Below, one piece after another: positions 45,348-55,406 of a DNA stretch of 64,000 nt. The notes below the pieces were generated by a model, which was given only the letters and a program-made list of their open reading frames with translations, made no database searches and was not told the DNA's origin. Both the position numbers and the translations under genes were made by a program. Origin of the DNA: Fidelibacterota bacterium (GTDB taxonomy: Bacteria > Fidelibacterota > Marinisomatia > Marinisomatales > TCS55). The DNA lies in contig DTTO01000060.1 of the NCBI GenBank assembly GCA_012964665.1, forward strand, positions 4,522 through 68,521. Reading direction: 5' to 3'. Positions within the stretch are counted from its first letter, which is position 1, and every line of letters starts with the position of its first letter.

Positions 45348-46802
45348 ATGGACATAGCTCAATTTTTCACATCGGCTGATTTATACGGTATTGCTCCTGA
45401 AATTATTCTGACGATTACAGCCTTATCTGTCTTAACGCTTGAGATGTTTCATGTTTTCCGCTCCAAAATTATATTAATGGTGGCAGCACTTGGTTTACTT
45501 TTGGCCAGTTCTGTTGTTATTAATACCATCAGCGATGAACGGATTCTTTTCGGAGGGATGTTGGTCCTCAGCCGGTATTCAGCATTTTTTGATTCTCTTT
45601 ATATTTTCATTGGGCTTATAACCTTGATTTTTTCCCATGGATATATGGAAAAAAAAGGGGGTCGTACTCGAGGAGAATACCCAGCACTTATCATTTTTGC
45701 AGTTATCGGCATGATGTTAATGACGCGGGCAAATGATTTGGTAATTGTTTTTCTGGGATTAGAATTGCTTTCGCTATCCCTGTATGTATTAGTTGGATTT
45801 CTGCGTCATGATGATCTTAGTAATGAATCAGGTTTAAAATACTTGTTGCTCGGTGCTTTTGCTACTGGCTTTTTCCTATTTGGTGCGGCCATCACTTATG
45901 GTGCAACTGGCACAACCAACTATAGCGGGATCATTTTGGCGATCACTAATGATACCATCCTCTCCAGTACTTATTTATCACTGGGTATTGGGCTATTACT
46001 TATTGGCTTTGCATTCAAAGTTGCATTGGCACCTTTTCATATGTGGTCTCCAGATGTTTACCAGGGGGCTCCAACTACAGTGACTGGTTTTCTATGCACA
46101 GCGCCCAAGGCTGCAGGATTTGGGGCGCTGTTAATATTATTTAACCGTGCTTTTGTCGAAATCCATTATCAATGGCAGGATATATTTTGGATTTTGGCTG
46201 CTTTAACCATGACTGTTGGTAATATTTCTGCACTAGTACAGTCTAATGTCAAGCGAATGCTTGCGTTTTCCAGTGTTTCCCACGCTGGGTTTTTGGTAAT
46301 AGGAGTGTTAGTATTAGATGAAACGAGCATTTCAGCAGTCCTATTTTATCTAGTCGTTTACTCAGTTATCAATTTAGGTGCATTTGCCATTGTTTCAGCT
46401 GTGGAGACAGAAAAAGAAGGATTAGTATTTGAAGATTACCGCGGATTGGCAGCAAAGCATCCTTGGCTTTCAGCAGCGATGACTATTTTTATGCTATCCC
46501 TGGCCGGATTTCCACCAACAGCTGGATTTGTCGCCAAATATGGGCTTTTATCTGCTGCTGTGGCAAAAGGATATATTGGGCTTGTTGTGATAGGTGTGCT
46601 CAATACGCTGCTTTCAATCTATTATTATCTTCGCCTGGTAGTAAATATGTACATGCAGAAAGAAGAAAGAGCGATACTCCCATCTTATGGTATGGTATTA
46701 ACTGGTCTTATTGGTATTATGGCAATTTTGATGATTATCCTGGGAATTATACCTGGTTATCTTTTAGAAATCGCTGCGAAAGCTGCAATTTTTACATCCT
46801 GA
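45348..46802 (+). CDS. nuoN: NADH-quinone oxidoreductase subunit N (operon 2)
   Basis: FKVALAPFHMWSPDVYQGAPTTVTGFLCTAPKAAGF. ATG at 45348, with an alternative GTG at 45333. Confidence 0.9.
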   Translation: MDIAQFFTSADLYGIAPEIILTITALSVLTLEMFHVFRSKIILMVAALGLLLASSVVINTISDERILFGGMLVLSRYSAFFDSLYIFIGLITLIFSHGYMEKKGGRTRGEYPALIIFAVIGMMLMTRANDLVIVFLGLELLSLSLYVLVGFLRHDDLSNESGLKYLLLGAFATGFFLFGAAITYGATGTTNYSGIILAITNDTILSSTYLSLGIGLLLIGFAFKVALAPFHMWSPDVYQGAPTTVTGFLCTAPKAAGFGALLILFNRAFVEIHYQWQDIFWILAALTMTVGNISALVQSNVKRMLAFSSVSHAGFLVIGVLVLDETSISAVLFYLVVYSVINLGAFAIVSAVETEKEGLVFEDYRGLAAKHPWLSAAMTIFMLSLAGFPPTAGFVAKYGLLSAAVAKGYIGLVVIGVLNTLLSIYYYLRLVVNMYMQKEERAILPSYGMVLTGLIGIMAILMIILGIIPGYLLEIAAKAAIFTS

Positions 46803-46858
46803 TATTCTAAGGAGAATTTCCCCCTGTCCTTAAATTATATTCTCAATTTCGATAAGAC

Positions 46859-47908
46859 TTGAATCGTAAATACTTAATATTTGTTTTCCAAATAATGTTG
46901 GGCATTTTTGTCCTTTTCTTTGGTGTAGGCTGCAGCCAAAACAAAGAATATGTAGAATTCACCGGCAAAACAATGGGCACGACATACAATATTCGAATAG
47001 TACCAAATCGGAATATGAAGTGGAAACTAGAAGAAGCTCAAATAAAAATTGATTCAATCCTATTAGAAATTGATCAACAAATGTCAACTTATAAATGGAA
47101 CAGTGAAATTTCATTGTTTAATCAAGCAAATATTAATGAAGAAATTAAAATATCTGCAGGGTTTCAAAAAGTGCTGGAAAAAGCTTTGTATTGGGGTGAA
47201 AAAACAAACGGTGCCCTGGATGTCTCGGTCATGCCCTCTATTGTAACTTGGCGAAAAGGCTTTGTAGATAGTTTTGAATCCGAATGGAAACCGCCTTTGA
47301 TTGGTGAGATAATATCGGCAAAGGATAAAGTGGGTTATGCCAAAGTCCTCTTGAGAGGGAATATATTAATCAAGGTTTTTAATGGACAAATGATTGACTT
47401 GAGCGCCATTGCCAAAGGGTGGGGCGTGGATCAATTATTTGAATTATTTCGTAATTTAGGTGTTTCAAACTTCATGGTTGAGGTAGGGGGAGAAGTTCGC
47501 ACGATGGGAACAAATATCAAAAAAGAGAAGTGGAAAATTGGTATTGATACACCCATTCCAGACACTGTGCCTGGAGAAAATATTTTTAAAGTAGCGGTAC
47601 TTGAAAATCAGGCGATAGCAACATCAGGTAATTATCGGAATTTTTACACATTTAATGACAAACGTTTTTCCCATATTATCGATCCCAGAACAGGTTATCC
47701 AGTTGAAACTAATATTGCTTCGGTCACAGTTTTAGGCCTCAATTGTATGGACACAGACGCCTTGGCGACAGCACTTTCAGTATTAAATTTTAACGAGGGG
47801 AAAGCGTTAATCGAATCTCTAGATGGTTTTGAAGCGCTATGGATTATAAAAGAAGAAGATGGCGTTTTAAAATCCCAATCAACTTCTGGAATGGCCACGA
47901 TTAATTAA
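46859..47908 (+). CDS. apbE: FAD:protein FMN transferase (ApbE family lipoprotein)
   Basis: Lipoprotein signal ...FFGVGC, then MGTTYNIRI, ATSGNYRNFY and FSHIIDPRTGYP motifs. TTG start. Confidence 0.85.
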   Translation: MNRKYLIFVFQIMLGIFVLFFGVGCSQNKEYVEFTGKTMGTTYNIRIVPNRNMKWKLEEAQIKIDSILLEIDQQMSTYKWNSEISLFNQANINEEIKISAGFQKVLEKALYWGEKTNGALDVSVMPSIVTWRKGFVDSFESEWKPPLIGEIISAKDKVGYAKVLLRGNILIKVFNGQMIDLSAIAKGWGVDQLFELFRNLGVSNFMVEVGGEVRTMGTNIKKEKWKIGIDTPIPDTVPGENIFKVAVLENQAIATSGNYRNFYTFNDKRFSHIIDPRTGYPVETNIASVTVLGLNCMDTDALATALSVLNFNEGKALIESLDGFEALWIIKEEDGVLKSQSTSGMATIN

Positions 47909-48092
47909 CAAAGGTACATCTAACAATTTATGTTGAATCAAAAATGAATATCATTATTTGGAAGATGTTTTTATATCGATTAATTTCCCCTCCTTCGAGT
48001 TAAGCTTTAAGTAAAAAAAACTTTTCAAACATGCAACAAAATTACATTAATATACTATTTTTCAGTTCCCCTGGAAATGGAAGCAAGATAGG

Positions 48093-49409
48093 ATGGAATA
48101 TATGGATTTAACTGCTCATTGGGTAGGTATCGCCGCGATTGTGGTATTCGTGGTCTCTTACTCGTTTGTAATTACCGAGGAATTTTCGCACTTGAGAAAA
48201 TCTGTACCGGTTATCCTTGGTGCAGGAGTCATCTGGGCGTTTATTGGTTATCAGTACATGGGCGGTATGGATCACAGTGTCGAAGAAGCCGTTAGACATT
48301 TTTTGGTGGAATTTGGTGAACTATTTTTATTTCTTTTATCCGCGATGACTTACGTTAACTCGATGAGTGAACGGAATATATTTAGCGCACTTCGGTCTTG
48401 GCTTGTAAGCCGTGGTTTTAGCTACAGGCAGCTATTTTGGATTACGGGAATTATCAGCTTTTTCTTATCGCCTATCATCGATAACCTAACGACCGCGTTA
48501 GTGATGTGTGCGGTGGTGCTAGCCGTTGGTCAGAAAAACAAGCGCTTCATTAGTTTGGCTTGCGTCAATATCGTAGTGGCTGCAAATGCTGGCGGTGCTT
48601 TTAGTCCTTTTGGTGATATTACAACACTGATGGTGTGGCAAAGAGGTATTCTTAATTTCTGGACGTTTTTCAATCTTTTTATTCCATCAGTAGTGAACTA
48701 TATCATCCCTGCAGCCGTCATGTCTTTGGCGGTAGAAAAAGGGCAACCGGCTGTCGAGGGCGAAAAAGTCATGATGAAACGAGGTGCAAAACGCATCATG
48801 TTTCTGTTTGGGTGTACCATCGCTACTGCCGTTTCGTTCCATAATTTCTTGCACCTTCCGCCATTCTTGGGTATGATGACTGGTTTGGCCTACCTGAAGA
48901 TATTCGGACATTATCTGAGCCGGAGCCACGTGCCGCCGCAAAAAGATAACTCTGATCACAGTGAATCTGGCGACATTGTGCCGTTCGACAGCTTTCGGGA
49001 GGTAGCTCGTGCCGAGTGGGATACGTTACTATTTTTCTTTGGCGTAATCATGTGTGTCGGGGGGCTCGGATTTATCGGTTACCTTGATCTTGTTTCGGCA
49101 TATATGTATGGCGAGTTAGGCCCCACTTTTGCCAACACGATGGTAGGAATACTTTCTGCGATCGTCGATAATATTCCGGTAATGGTTGCCGTGCTGCAGA
49201 TGAATCCAACGATGGACATGACGCAATGGCTGCTTGTCACGTTGACGGCAGGCGTTGGAGGCAGCATGTTGTCCATTGGATCAGCTGCGGGCGTGGCATT
49301 AATGGGTCAAGCCCGTGGGATTTACACATTCTTTGGCCATATGAAATGGACGCCGGTCATTGCACTAGGTTATGCCGCGAGCATCTGGGTTCATTTGCTG
49401 ATCAACTGA
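48093..49409 (+). CDS. nhaD: NhaD family Na+/H+ antiporter (ArsB/NhaD permease superfamily)
   Basis: Polytopic membrane protein with IDNLTTALVM, GGAFSPFGDITTLMVW and AIVDNIPVM motifs. G+C is markedly higher than in flanking DNA. Confidence 0.8.
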   Translation: MEYMDLTAHWVGIAAIVVFVVSYSFVITEEFSHLRKSVPVILGAGVIWAFIGYQYMGGMDHSVEEAVRHFLVEFGELFLFLLSAMTYVNSMSERNIFSALRSWLVSRGFSYRQLFWITGIISFFLSPIIDNLTTALVMCAVVLAVGQKNKRFISLACVNIVVAANAGGAFSPFGDITTLMVWQRGILNFWTFFNLFIPSVVNYIIPAAVMSLAVEKGQPAVEGEKVMMKRGAKRIMFLFGCTIATAVSFHNFLHLPPFLGMMTGLAYLKIFGHYLSRSHVPPQKDNSDHSESGDIVPFDSFREVARAEWDTLLFFFGVIMCVGGLGFIGYLDLVSAYMYGELGPTFANTMVGILSAIVDNIPVMVAVLQMNPTMDMTQWLLVTLTAGVGGSMLSIGSAAGVALMGQARGIYTFFGHMKWTPVIALGYAASIWVHLLIN

Positions 49410-49516
49410 AACCAGCATGCTTGTGGTAGATGTCTTTTCTATTAGTACTGCTTTTTTTATAAAATAGATTATGTTGTTATATCACTCTAAAGTCAGCTGG
49501 GTGTAATTTCTTTTTC

Positions 49517-50062
49517 ATGCGAATTTCAAAAGTAACAACTAAAACTGGTGATAAGGGAGAAACTGGTCTTGGGGATGGGAAACGGATTTCTAAATCTCAT
49601 CCAAATATTGAACTGTTAGGTGATATTGATGAATTAAACTCTGTTCTTGGATTGGCAATCACTAATTGTGCAAATCAGGATATGATTAAGGAATTGAAGT
49701 CGATCCAACAAGATTTATTGAACATGGGCGGTGAAGTGTCAATGCCTGAATCAGAAATAGAATTATTAAGCGAAAACCGCATTATTTTTTTAGAAGATAT
49801 GATTGAAAAAATGAATTTGACTTTACCACCCCTAAAGGAATTTATTTTACCGGGTGGAGATGAATTTTCTGCGCGTATCCATCTTACCAGGGCAGTGTGC
49901 CGGCGCGTAGAGCGAAGCTGTGTTACTTTTATTGATACAGGTGTTGACAAGAAACATTGGTTAAGGTATTTGAATCGACTGAGCGACTACTTTTTTGTTT
50001 TAGCCAGATTCACAACTCAAAATATTGGAGGAAGTGAAACCTTTTGGGAGCGGAATAGTTAA
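49517..50062 (+). CDS. ATP:cob(I)alamin adenosyltransferase, PduO type
   Basis: N-terminal KTGDKGETGL ... LLGDIDELNS, and RAVCRRVER helix-bundle motifs. Confidence 0.88.
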   Translation: MRISKVTTKTGDKGETGLGDGKRISKSHPNIELLGDIDELNSVLGLAITNCANQDMIKELKSIQQDLLNMGGEVSMPESEIELLSENRIIFLEDMIEKMNLTLPPLKEFILPGGDEFSARIHLTRAVCRRVERSCVTFIDTGVDKKHWLRYLNRLSDYFFVLARFTTQNIGGSETFWERNS

Positions 50063-50131
50063 TTATTATTTCTGTTTCGATAGTTAGATAATATCTGAAA
50101 AATTGGCCTAAATTCTTGGTCGGAAAAAATC

Positions 50132-51136
50132 ATGCTAGATTGGAAATCATTACATCAAACTATTGATGGTGCAGAACGCATTTTATTATCTACCCATGAA
50201 AACCCTGATGGAGATGGGTTGGGAAGCGCCGCTGCTGTTTATCATTATCTGAATTCACAAGGTAAGAATTGTAAAATAATTAACATTTCTGAATTGCCAC
50301 TTGAGTATGAGTTTTTAAATCAAAATAAAATGATTGAAACTTATAACTCTTTAACCCACATGGATTGGATCGCTTCTGCAGACCTTGCCCTGATATTTGA
50401 TGTGGGGGATTATAGTCGTCTTGGTATCATTGGTGAATTACTAAATAAACACAAAATCCATGTTGTTAATATTGATCATCATCCCGATACGGGCGATGGT
50501 CAATTCAGTGAAAATTATATTAACGTTGATGCTGCAGCTACCGGAGAAATGGCATATGATTTTTTAAAGGCCATGAATATTTCTTTGTCCAAGGAAATGG
50601 CGGAGGGGATTTATACTGGGGTCATGACGGACACAGGATCCTTTTGCTATAACAATACTAATGAGAAGTGTCACCAGATTGCTATTGAATGTATGGCGGC
50701 TGGTGTTAATACATCCCTCATCTACCAGACAATATATGAAAATCGGTCGCCTGGTCAAATCGCTTTGCTAGCTCAGATATTAAATAACCTGGATTATAAT
50801 CAAAATGGTGAACTTGCTTGGTTTACAATCGATGAAAATATGATGGAGAAAGCCGGCGCAACAAAAAAAGATATAGATGGATTTACAGATTTCGTAAGGA
50901 CCATACGCGGTGTTGAAGTTGCCGTGATGATATATCAAAATAAGCCAAATTCTTGTCGAATTAATTTTCGTTCTAAAGGGAAATACATCATTAATGATAT
51001 TGCAAAATCCTTAGGCGGGGGTGGGCATAAATTTGCCGCAGGCGCTATTGCTCCAGGGACACTTAACGAAGTTCTTCAAAAAGTATTATCTGAAACAAAA
51101 GCTGCTTTAGCGCACCAAAATGGGCATGTAATATGA
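50132..51136 (+). CDS. nrnA: DHH/DHHA1 phosphoesterase, NrnA-like oligoribonuclease/pAp phosphatase
   Basis: HENPDGDGLGS, NIDHHP and GGGGHKFAAG motifs. Confidence 0.85.
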   Translation: MLDWKSLHQTIDGAERILLSTHENPDGDGLGSAAAVYHYLNSQGKNCKIINISELPLEYEFLNQNKMIETYNSLTHMDWIASADLALIFDVGDYSRLGIIGELLNKHKIHVVNIDHHPDTGDGQFSENYINVDAAATGEMAYDFLKAMNISLSKEMAEGIYTGVMTDTGSFCYNNTNEKCHQIAIECMAAGVNTSLIYQTIYENRSPGQIALLAQILNNLDYNQNGELAWFTIDENMMEKAGATKKDIDGFTDFVRTIRGVEVAVMIYQNKPNSCRINFRSKGKYIINDIAKSLGGGGHKFAAGAIAPGTLNEVLQKVLSETKAALAHQNGHVI

Positions 51137-51993
51137 AAATATTCCTTGCGAAAGATGCAGGCTATTGCTTTGGTGTGAGAGATGCTGTTAATCTGGCATA
51201 CGATACTGCTGAAGACCATGGTGATGTTTATATGCTTGGCCATATTGTTCATAACGAAAATGTGGTAAAAGATCTAAATGATGCCGGGACAAAAGTTGTT
51301 GAATCACTTGATGATGTTCCAGCAGGTAAACCCATTCTTTTCCGTGCACATGGAACACCTGAGGATACTTGGAAAGATGCTAAAACCAATAATATGAATA
51401 TTGTGGATGCTACCTGTCCTCTGGTGCTCGAAATACATGAAGAAGTCAAAAATTTGGAAGAAGAAGGGCGAAAGATTATCATCATTGGCGATCATGGGCA
51501 TGATGAAGTTGTAGGAATTGCTAGCCAGGTTAAAGATCCTATTATTATCGCAACCGCTGAGGAAGCTAAGGCACTGCGAAAAACAAAGCGGGCTGGTGTG
51601 GTAAGTCAATCTACACAGACAATTGAAAATGTCCAGGAGATCATTAATGTTATCATGACAAAAGTATTTGATTTGCGTTTTGTAAATACAATTTGCTTCC
51701 CAACAAAACGTAACCAAAGTCAGATCAAAGAATTAGCAAAACAATGTGATGTCATGATTGTAATCGGTTCATTCACAAGTGCTAATTCAAAACGACTTAC
51801 GGCTCTGGCAAAAGAAAGGAATGAAAATTCATATCAAGTTGCCACTGCTGATGAGATTGAACCTCGTTGGCTAAAACAAGCAGAAACAGTTGGTGTATCG
51901 GCAGGTGCCAGTACTCCAGATAATATCATCAATGATGTTTTAACAAAAATTAAAGAAATCGGGAAAGTACCCGAGGAGATGATTTATGGCTGA
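51133..51993 (+). CDS. ispH: 4-hydroxy-3-methylbut-2-enyl diphosphate reductase
   Basis: [17 protein letters not shown], and the third cluster cysteine in NTICFPT. 286 aa. Confidence 0.9.
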   Translation: MKIFLAKDAGYCFGVRDAVNLAYDTAEDHGDVYMLGHIVHNENVVKDLNDAGTKVVESLDDVPAGKPILFRAHGTPEDTWKDAKTNNMNIVDATCPLVLEIHEEVKNLEEEGRKIIIIGDHGHDEVVGIASQVKDPIIIATAEEAKALRKTKRAGVVSQSTQTIENVQEIINVIMTKVFDLRFVNTICFPTKRNQSQIKELAKQCDVMIVIGSFTSANSKRLTALAKERNENSYQVATADEIEPRWLKQAETVGVSAGASTPDNIINDVLTKIKEIGKVPEEMIYG

Positions 51994-52870
51994 AAAAGGA
52001 TCATATGAAATTAAAGTCGGTTTAGCAGAAATGTTAAAAGGCGGTGTAATTATGGATGTGATGAACGCTGACCAGGCTAAAATTGCAGAGGATTCAGGAG
52101 CGGTAGCAGTAATGGCCCTAGAACGAATTCCAGCGTTAATTCGTGAAGAGGGTGGGATATCCCGAGCCAGCGATCCGCAAATGATTAAAGATATCCAATC
52201 GGCAGTTTCAATTCCAGTAATGGCCAAAGTTCGAATTGGGCATTTTGCAGAAGCGCAAATTATGCAGGCGTTAGAAGTTGATTTTATTGATGAAAGTGAA
52301 GTATTAACTCCTGCTGACGAACATAACCATATTTGGAAGCATGACTTTACTGTACCATTTGTTTGCGGATGTCGCAATTTGGGAGAAGCTATTCGTCGCA
52401 TAGGAGAAGGTGCTGCCATGATCCGAACCAAAGGCGAAGCAGGAAGCGGTAATATTGTTGAAGCCGTGCGGCATATGCGACAGGTGCAAAGTGATATCAA
52501 AAAACTCAGTGTTATGGATCAAGATGAACTTATGGCTGGATCAAAAAATATGGGAGCACCATTTACCCTTGTCCAGCAAGTGGCCAAATTAGGGAAGCTG
52601 CCAGTGCCGAATTTTGCTGCTGGAGGTATTGCAACACCTGCAGATGCATCATTAATGATGCAGTTGGGGGCAGAAACAGTTTTTGTTGGCTCTGGTATTT
52701 TTATGAGTGAAGACCCAGCTCCGAGAGCAAAAGCGATTGTTGAGGCTGTGACCTACTACAAAGATCCAAAAAAACTGGTTGAAATTTCCACAGGCCTCCA
52801 GTCTGCCATGAAAGGGTTGGATATGTCTGAGATTCCTGAAGGAGAACGACTCCAGGAGCGGGGTTGGTAA
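51986..52870 (+). CDS. pdxS: pyridoxal 5'-phosphate synthase lyase subunit
   Basis: [15 protein letters not shown] ... [11 protein letters not shown] ... [12 protein letters not shown]. Confidence 0.95.
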   Translation: MAEKGSYEIKVGLAEMLKGGVIMDVMNADQAKIAEDSGAVAVMALERIPALIREEGGISRASDPQMIKDIQSAVSIPVMAKVRIGHFAEAQIMQALEVDFIDESEVLTPADEHNHIWKHDFTVPFVCGCRNLGEAIRRIGEGAAMIRTKGEAGSGNIVEAVRHMRQVQSDIKKLSVMDQDELMAGSKNMGAPFTLVQQVAKLGKLPVPNFAAGGIATPADASLMMQLGAETVFVGSGIFMSEDPAPRAKAIVEAVTYYKDPKKLVEISTGLQSAMKGLDMSEIPEGERLQERGW

Positions 52871-52894
52871 GGCGTGCGGGCCTCCAATTATAAG

Positions 52895-53488
52895 ATGATT
52901 GGTGTCCTTGCACTTCAGGGAAATTATCAAAAGCATATCCAGATTCTGGATACGCTTAATATCCGTTCGATGGAAATTCGATATCCAGAAGAATTGGATT
53001 CCATCAATGGTTTAGTTATTCCTGGTGGAGAATCAACCACAATCACAGATTTAATGAATCGAATTGATTTCTTTCAGACCTTACGGGAATTTTCGAAAGA
53101 AAAGCCGATTCTTGGTACCTGTGCAGGATTAATCATGATGGCAAAATCTGTTCCAGATTCTAGAGTAGAACCCCTAGGCATAATAGATATTGAAATTGAC
53201 CGTAATGCGTATGGTCGCCAAATCCATTCATTTACGGATAAGCTTTCCGTTAAACTGAATGGAAAAGAATCTCAGATCACTGCCACATTTATTCGGGCAC
53301 CAAAGATTACTAAAGTGAACGATGAAGTAGAAATTATCAGTGAATATGCGGGTGAACCAGTGGCGGTAAAACAAGGCCTTCATTTGGGACTTGCGTTTCA
53401 TCCGGAGTTGGACAAGGTTACCCTTTTCCATGAATTTGCATTCAAAAGTCAATTTATTAATGAAACAAAAAAGCACCATGCAGCTTAA
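52895..53488 (+). CDS. pdxT: pyridoxal 5'-phosphate synthase glutaminase subunit
   Basis: IGVLALQGN, catalytic GTCAGLIM, and FHPEL. ATG at 52895 is preferred over GTG at 52874. Confidence 0.92.
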   Translation: MIGVLALQGNYQKHIQILDTLNIRSMEIRYPEELDSINGLVIPGGESTTITDLMNRIDFFQTLREFSKEKPILGTCAGLIMMAKSVPDSRVEPLGIIDIEIDRNAYGRQIHSFTDKLSVKLNGKESQITATFIRAPKITKVNDEVEIISEYAGEPVAVKQGLHLGLAFHPELDKVTLFHEFAFKSQFINETKKHHAA

Positions 53489-55403
53489 ACTGCTTCCCAA
53501 TATTGATTCCCCAGCGGATATTCGTGGTTTTTCAATGGATGAGCTTGAGAGATTAGTTGATGAAATCCGGTTTCATACAATTGATATTGTTAGTCAAGTG
53601 GGGGGGCATTTGGCACCAACACTTGGAGTGATAGAATTGTCTGTTGCATTACATAAAGTATATGATACACCCAATGATAAGTTAATTTGGGATGTTGGAC
53701 ATCAAGCATACGCCCACAAATTACTTACTGGTCGGTATAATGACTTTTCAACCATACGTCAACATGGAGGTCTGAGTGGGTTTTTGAAAAGATCCGAAAG
53801 TCCATATGACGTTTTTGGTGCGGGACATGCATCCACTTCAATTTCAGCTGCGACCGGTATCGCAGAAGCAAGGAAACATTCAAAAAAGAAATTTCGAGTC
53901 GTTTCCGTTATTGGCGATGGTGCCATGACAGGTGGGTTGGCTTTTGAAGCACTGAATAATGCTGGTCATTTGAGAACCCCGATGTTGGTAATTCTCAATG
54001 ATAATGAAATGTCTATCAGTCCCAATGTAGGAGCAATTAATACATATTTAACCAAGATCGTAACGAATCCTTTGTATAATCGCATTCGGGATAAGATCTG
54101 GAATATTTCGGGGAAATTACAAATCGGTAAAAAGACAGCTCGTACCATGCTACATCGTATCGAAGAAAGTTTAAAATCATTGCTTGTTCCGGGAATGCTA
54201 TTTGAAGAGTTGGGCTTCAGGTATTTTGGCCCGATCGATGGTCACAACTTGCATGATTTAATAAAAACCTTAGAGCGTTTGAAGAATTTAAAAACACCGG
54301 CATTATTGCATATACGGACCAAAAAAGGGAAAGGAATGGTATCCACTAATTTTGAAACGAGGCAATACCATGATGATGCAGTAAAATATCATGCTGTAAA
54401 ACCTAATAGCGGATCTAATGGTAAAATTTCTGCTCCGGTTTCTGATGAAATTTCTGCACCTTTATTTCAGGATGTATTTGGAACCTTAGTCTGTGAAATT
54501 GCTCGCAATCGGAAAGATACAGTATGTATTACAGCTGCCATGAGGGAAGGTACGGGACTCGTACCATTTGCTAAAGAGTTTCCCCATCGTTATTATGATG
54601 TCGGAATTGCGGAAGGGCATGCAATCACTTTCTCCGCAGGATTAGCTACGGAGGGGGTCCGCCCTATTGTCGCCATTTATTCTACATTTTTACAGCGGGC
54701 ATTTGACCAAATCATCCACGATGTTTCAATACAAAAATTACCGGTGGTATTTTGTATGGACCGGGCCGGGATTGCCGGTGAGGATGGACCCACGCACCAT
54801 GGTGCTTTGGACATTGCCTACTTGAAATGTATCCAAAACATGGTGGTTTCATCACCCAAAGATGGAAATGAGCTACGCCATTTGCTATATACAGGATTGG
54901 ACTATCAGGATGGTCCATACGCAATTCGTTATCCGAAAGCATCTTCAGTTGAATTTAATCCACGTGGACAGGCAGAACTTTTACCCATAGGAAGTTGGGA
55001 AGTCCTTCGCCATGGTTCGGACACCGTAATTCTAGGAGTTGGACCATTAGTTTTTGATGGATTAAATGCTGCTGAAAAAATGGATCAGTCTGGAATTAGT
55101 TGTGAAGTGGTAAACTGTCGTTTTATCAAACCCATGGATGAAGCTTACCTTAAATCAATTATTGGCAAGTTTGATAATGTTGTTACCATTGAGGAAGGGG
55201 TAAGAGCAGGTGGTTTTGGGGAAGCTGTTATATCATGGCTATCATCGAACGGATATAAGGGTGAACTCCAGATAATTTCCCTGCCTAATGAATATGTGGA
55301 ACACGGTCCACGAGATGTTTTATTGGAACAATGGGGTGTAAGTCAGGCGGGCATTATTAAAGCTATAAAGACTAATAAAAAACCTGCAAAATTGGAAGTT
55401 TAA
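53478..55403 (+). CDS. dxs: 1-deoxy-D-xylulose-5-phosphate synthase
   Basis: GGHLAPTLGVIEL, TPP motif IGDGAMTGG...NDN, and DRAGIAGEDGPTHHG. The start is uncertain among 53391, 53460 and 53478; 53478 gives a canonical N-terminus. Confidence 0.92.
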   Translation: MQLKLLPNIDSPADIRGFSMDELERLVDEIRFHTIDIVSQVGGHLAPTLGVIELSVALHKVYDTPNDKLIWDVGHQAYAHKLLTGRYNDFSTIRQHGGLSGFLKRSESPYDVFGAGHASTSISAATGIAEARKHSKKKFRVVSVIGDGAMTGGLAFEALNNAGHLRTPMLVILNDNEMSISPNVGAINTYLTKIVTNPLYNRIRDKIWNISGKLQIGKKTARTMLHRIEESLKSLLVPGMLFEELGFRYFGPIDGHNLHDLIKTLERLKNLKTPALLHIRTKKGKGMVSTNFETRQYHDDAVKYHAVKPNSGSNGKISAPVSDEISAPLFQDVFGTLVCEIARNRKDTVCITAAMREGTGLVPFAKEFPHRYYDVGIAEGHAITFSAGLATEGVRPIVAIYSTFLQRAFDQIIHDVSIQKLPVVFCMDRAGIAGEDGPTHHGALDIAYLKCIQNMVVSSPKDGNELRHLLYTGLDYQDGPYAIRYPKASSVEFNPRGQAELLPIGSWEVLRHGSDTVILGVGPLVFDGLNAAEKMDQSGISCEVVNCRFIKPMDEAYLKSIIGKFDNVVTIEEGVRAGGFGEAVISWLSSNGYKGELQIISLPNEYVEHGPRDVLLEQWGVSQAGIIKAIKTNKKPAKLEV

Positions 55404-55406
55404 GTT

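Noticed and set aside
21603-46802. The two nuo operons as a recent tandem duplication or assembly repeat
   Set aside because: Paralogs are only about half identical at the protein level by eye. Gene content differs (EFG present or absent, extra module). DNA similarity is limited to short conserved-motif stretches such as GTGGATGTCTATGTTCC in nuoB.
48031-48111. 26-codon upstream ORF (MQQNYINILFFSSPGNGSKIGWNIWI) overlapping the nhaD start
   Set aside because: It has no ribosome-binding site and no evidence of conservation, and it lies in AT-rich spacer where short ORFs arise by chance. A leader-peptide role cannot be supported from sequence alone.
49410-49516. Cobalamin riboswitch upstream of the PduO-type adenosyltransferase (also checked upstream of the mutase gene at 57129-57161)
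   Set aside because: The spacers of 107 and 33 nt are too short. They lack a B12-box-like GCCACTG element or an extended conserved stem architecture.
51940-52500. 186-aa minus-strand ORF, the longest antisense ORF in the track
   Set aside because: It lies entirely antisense to pdxS/ispH, whose plus-strand products carry unmistakable family motifs. Its own product is low-complexity (Ser/Ala/Ile-rich) with no motif. It is a typical shadow ORF.
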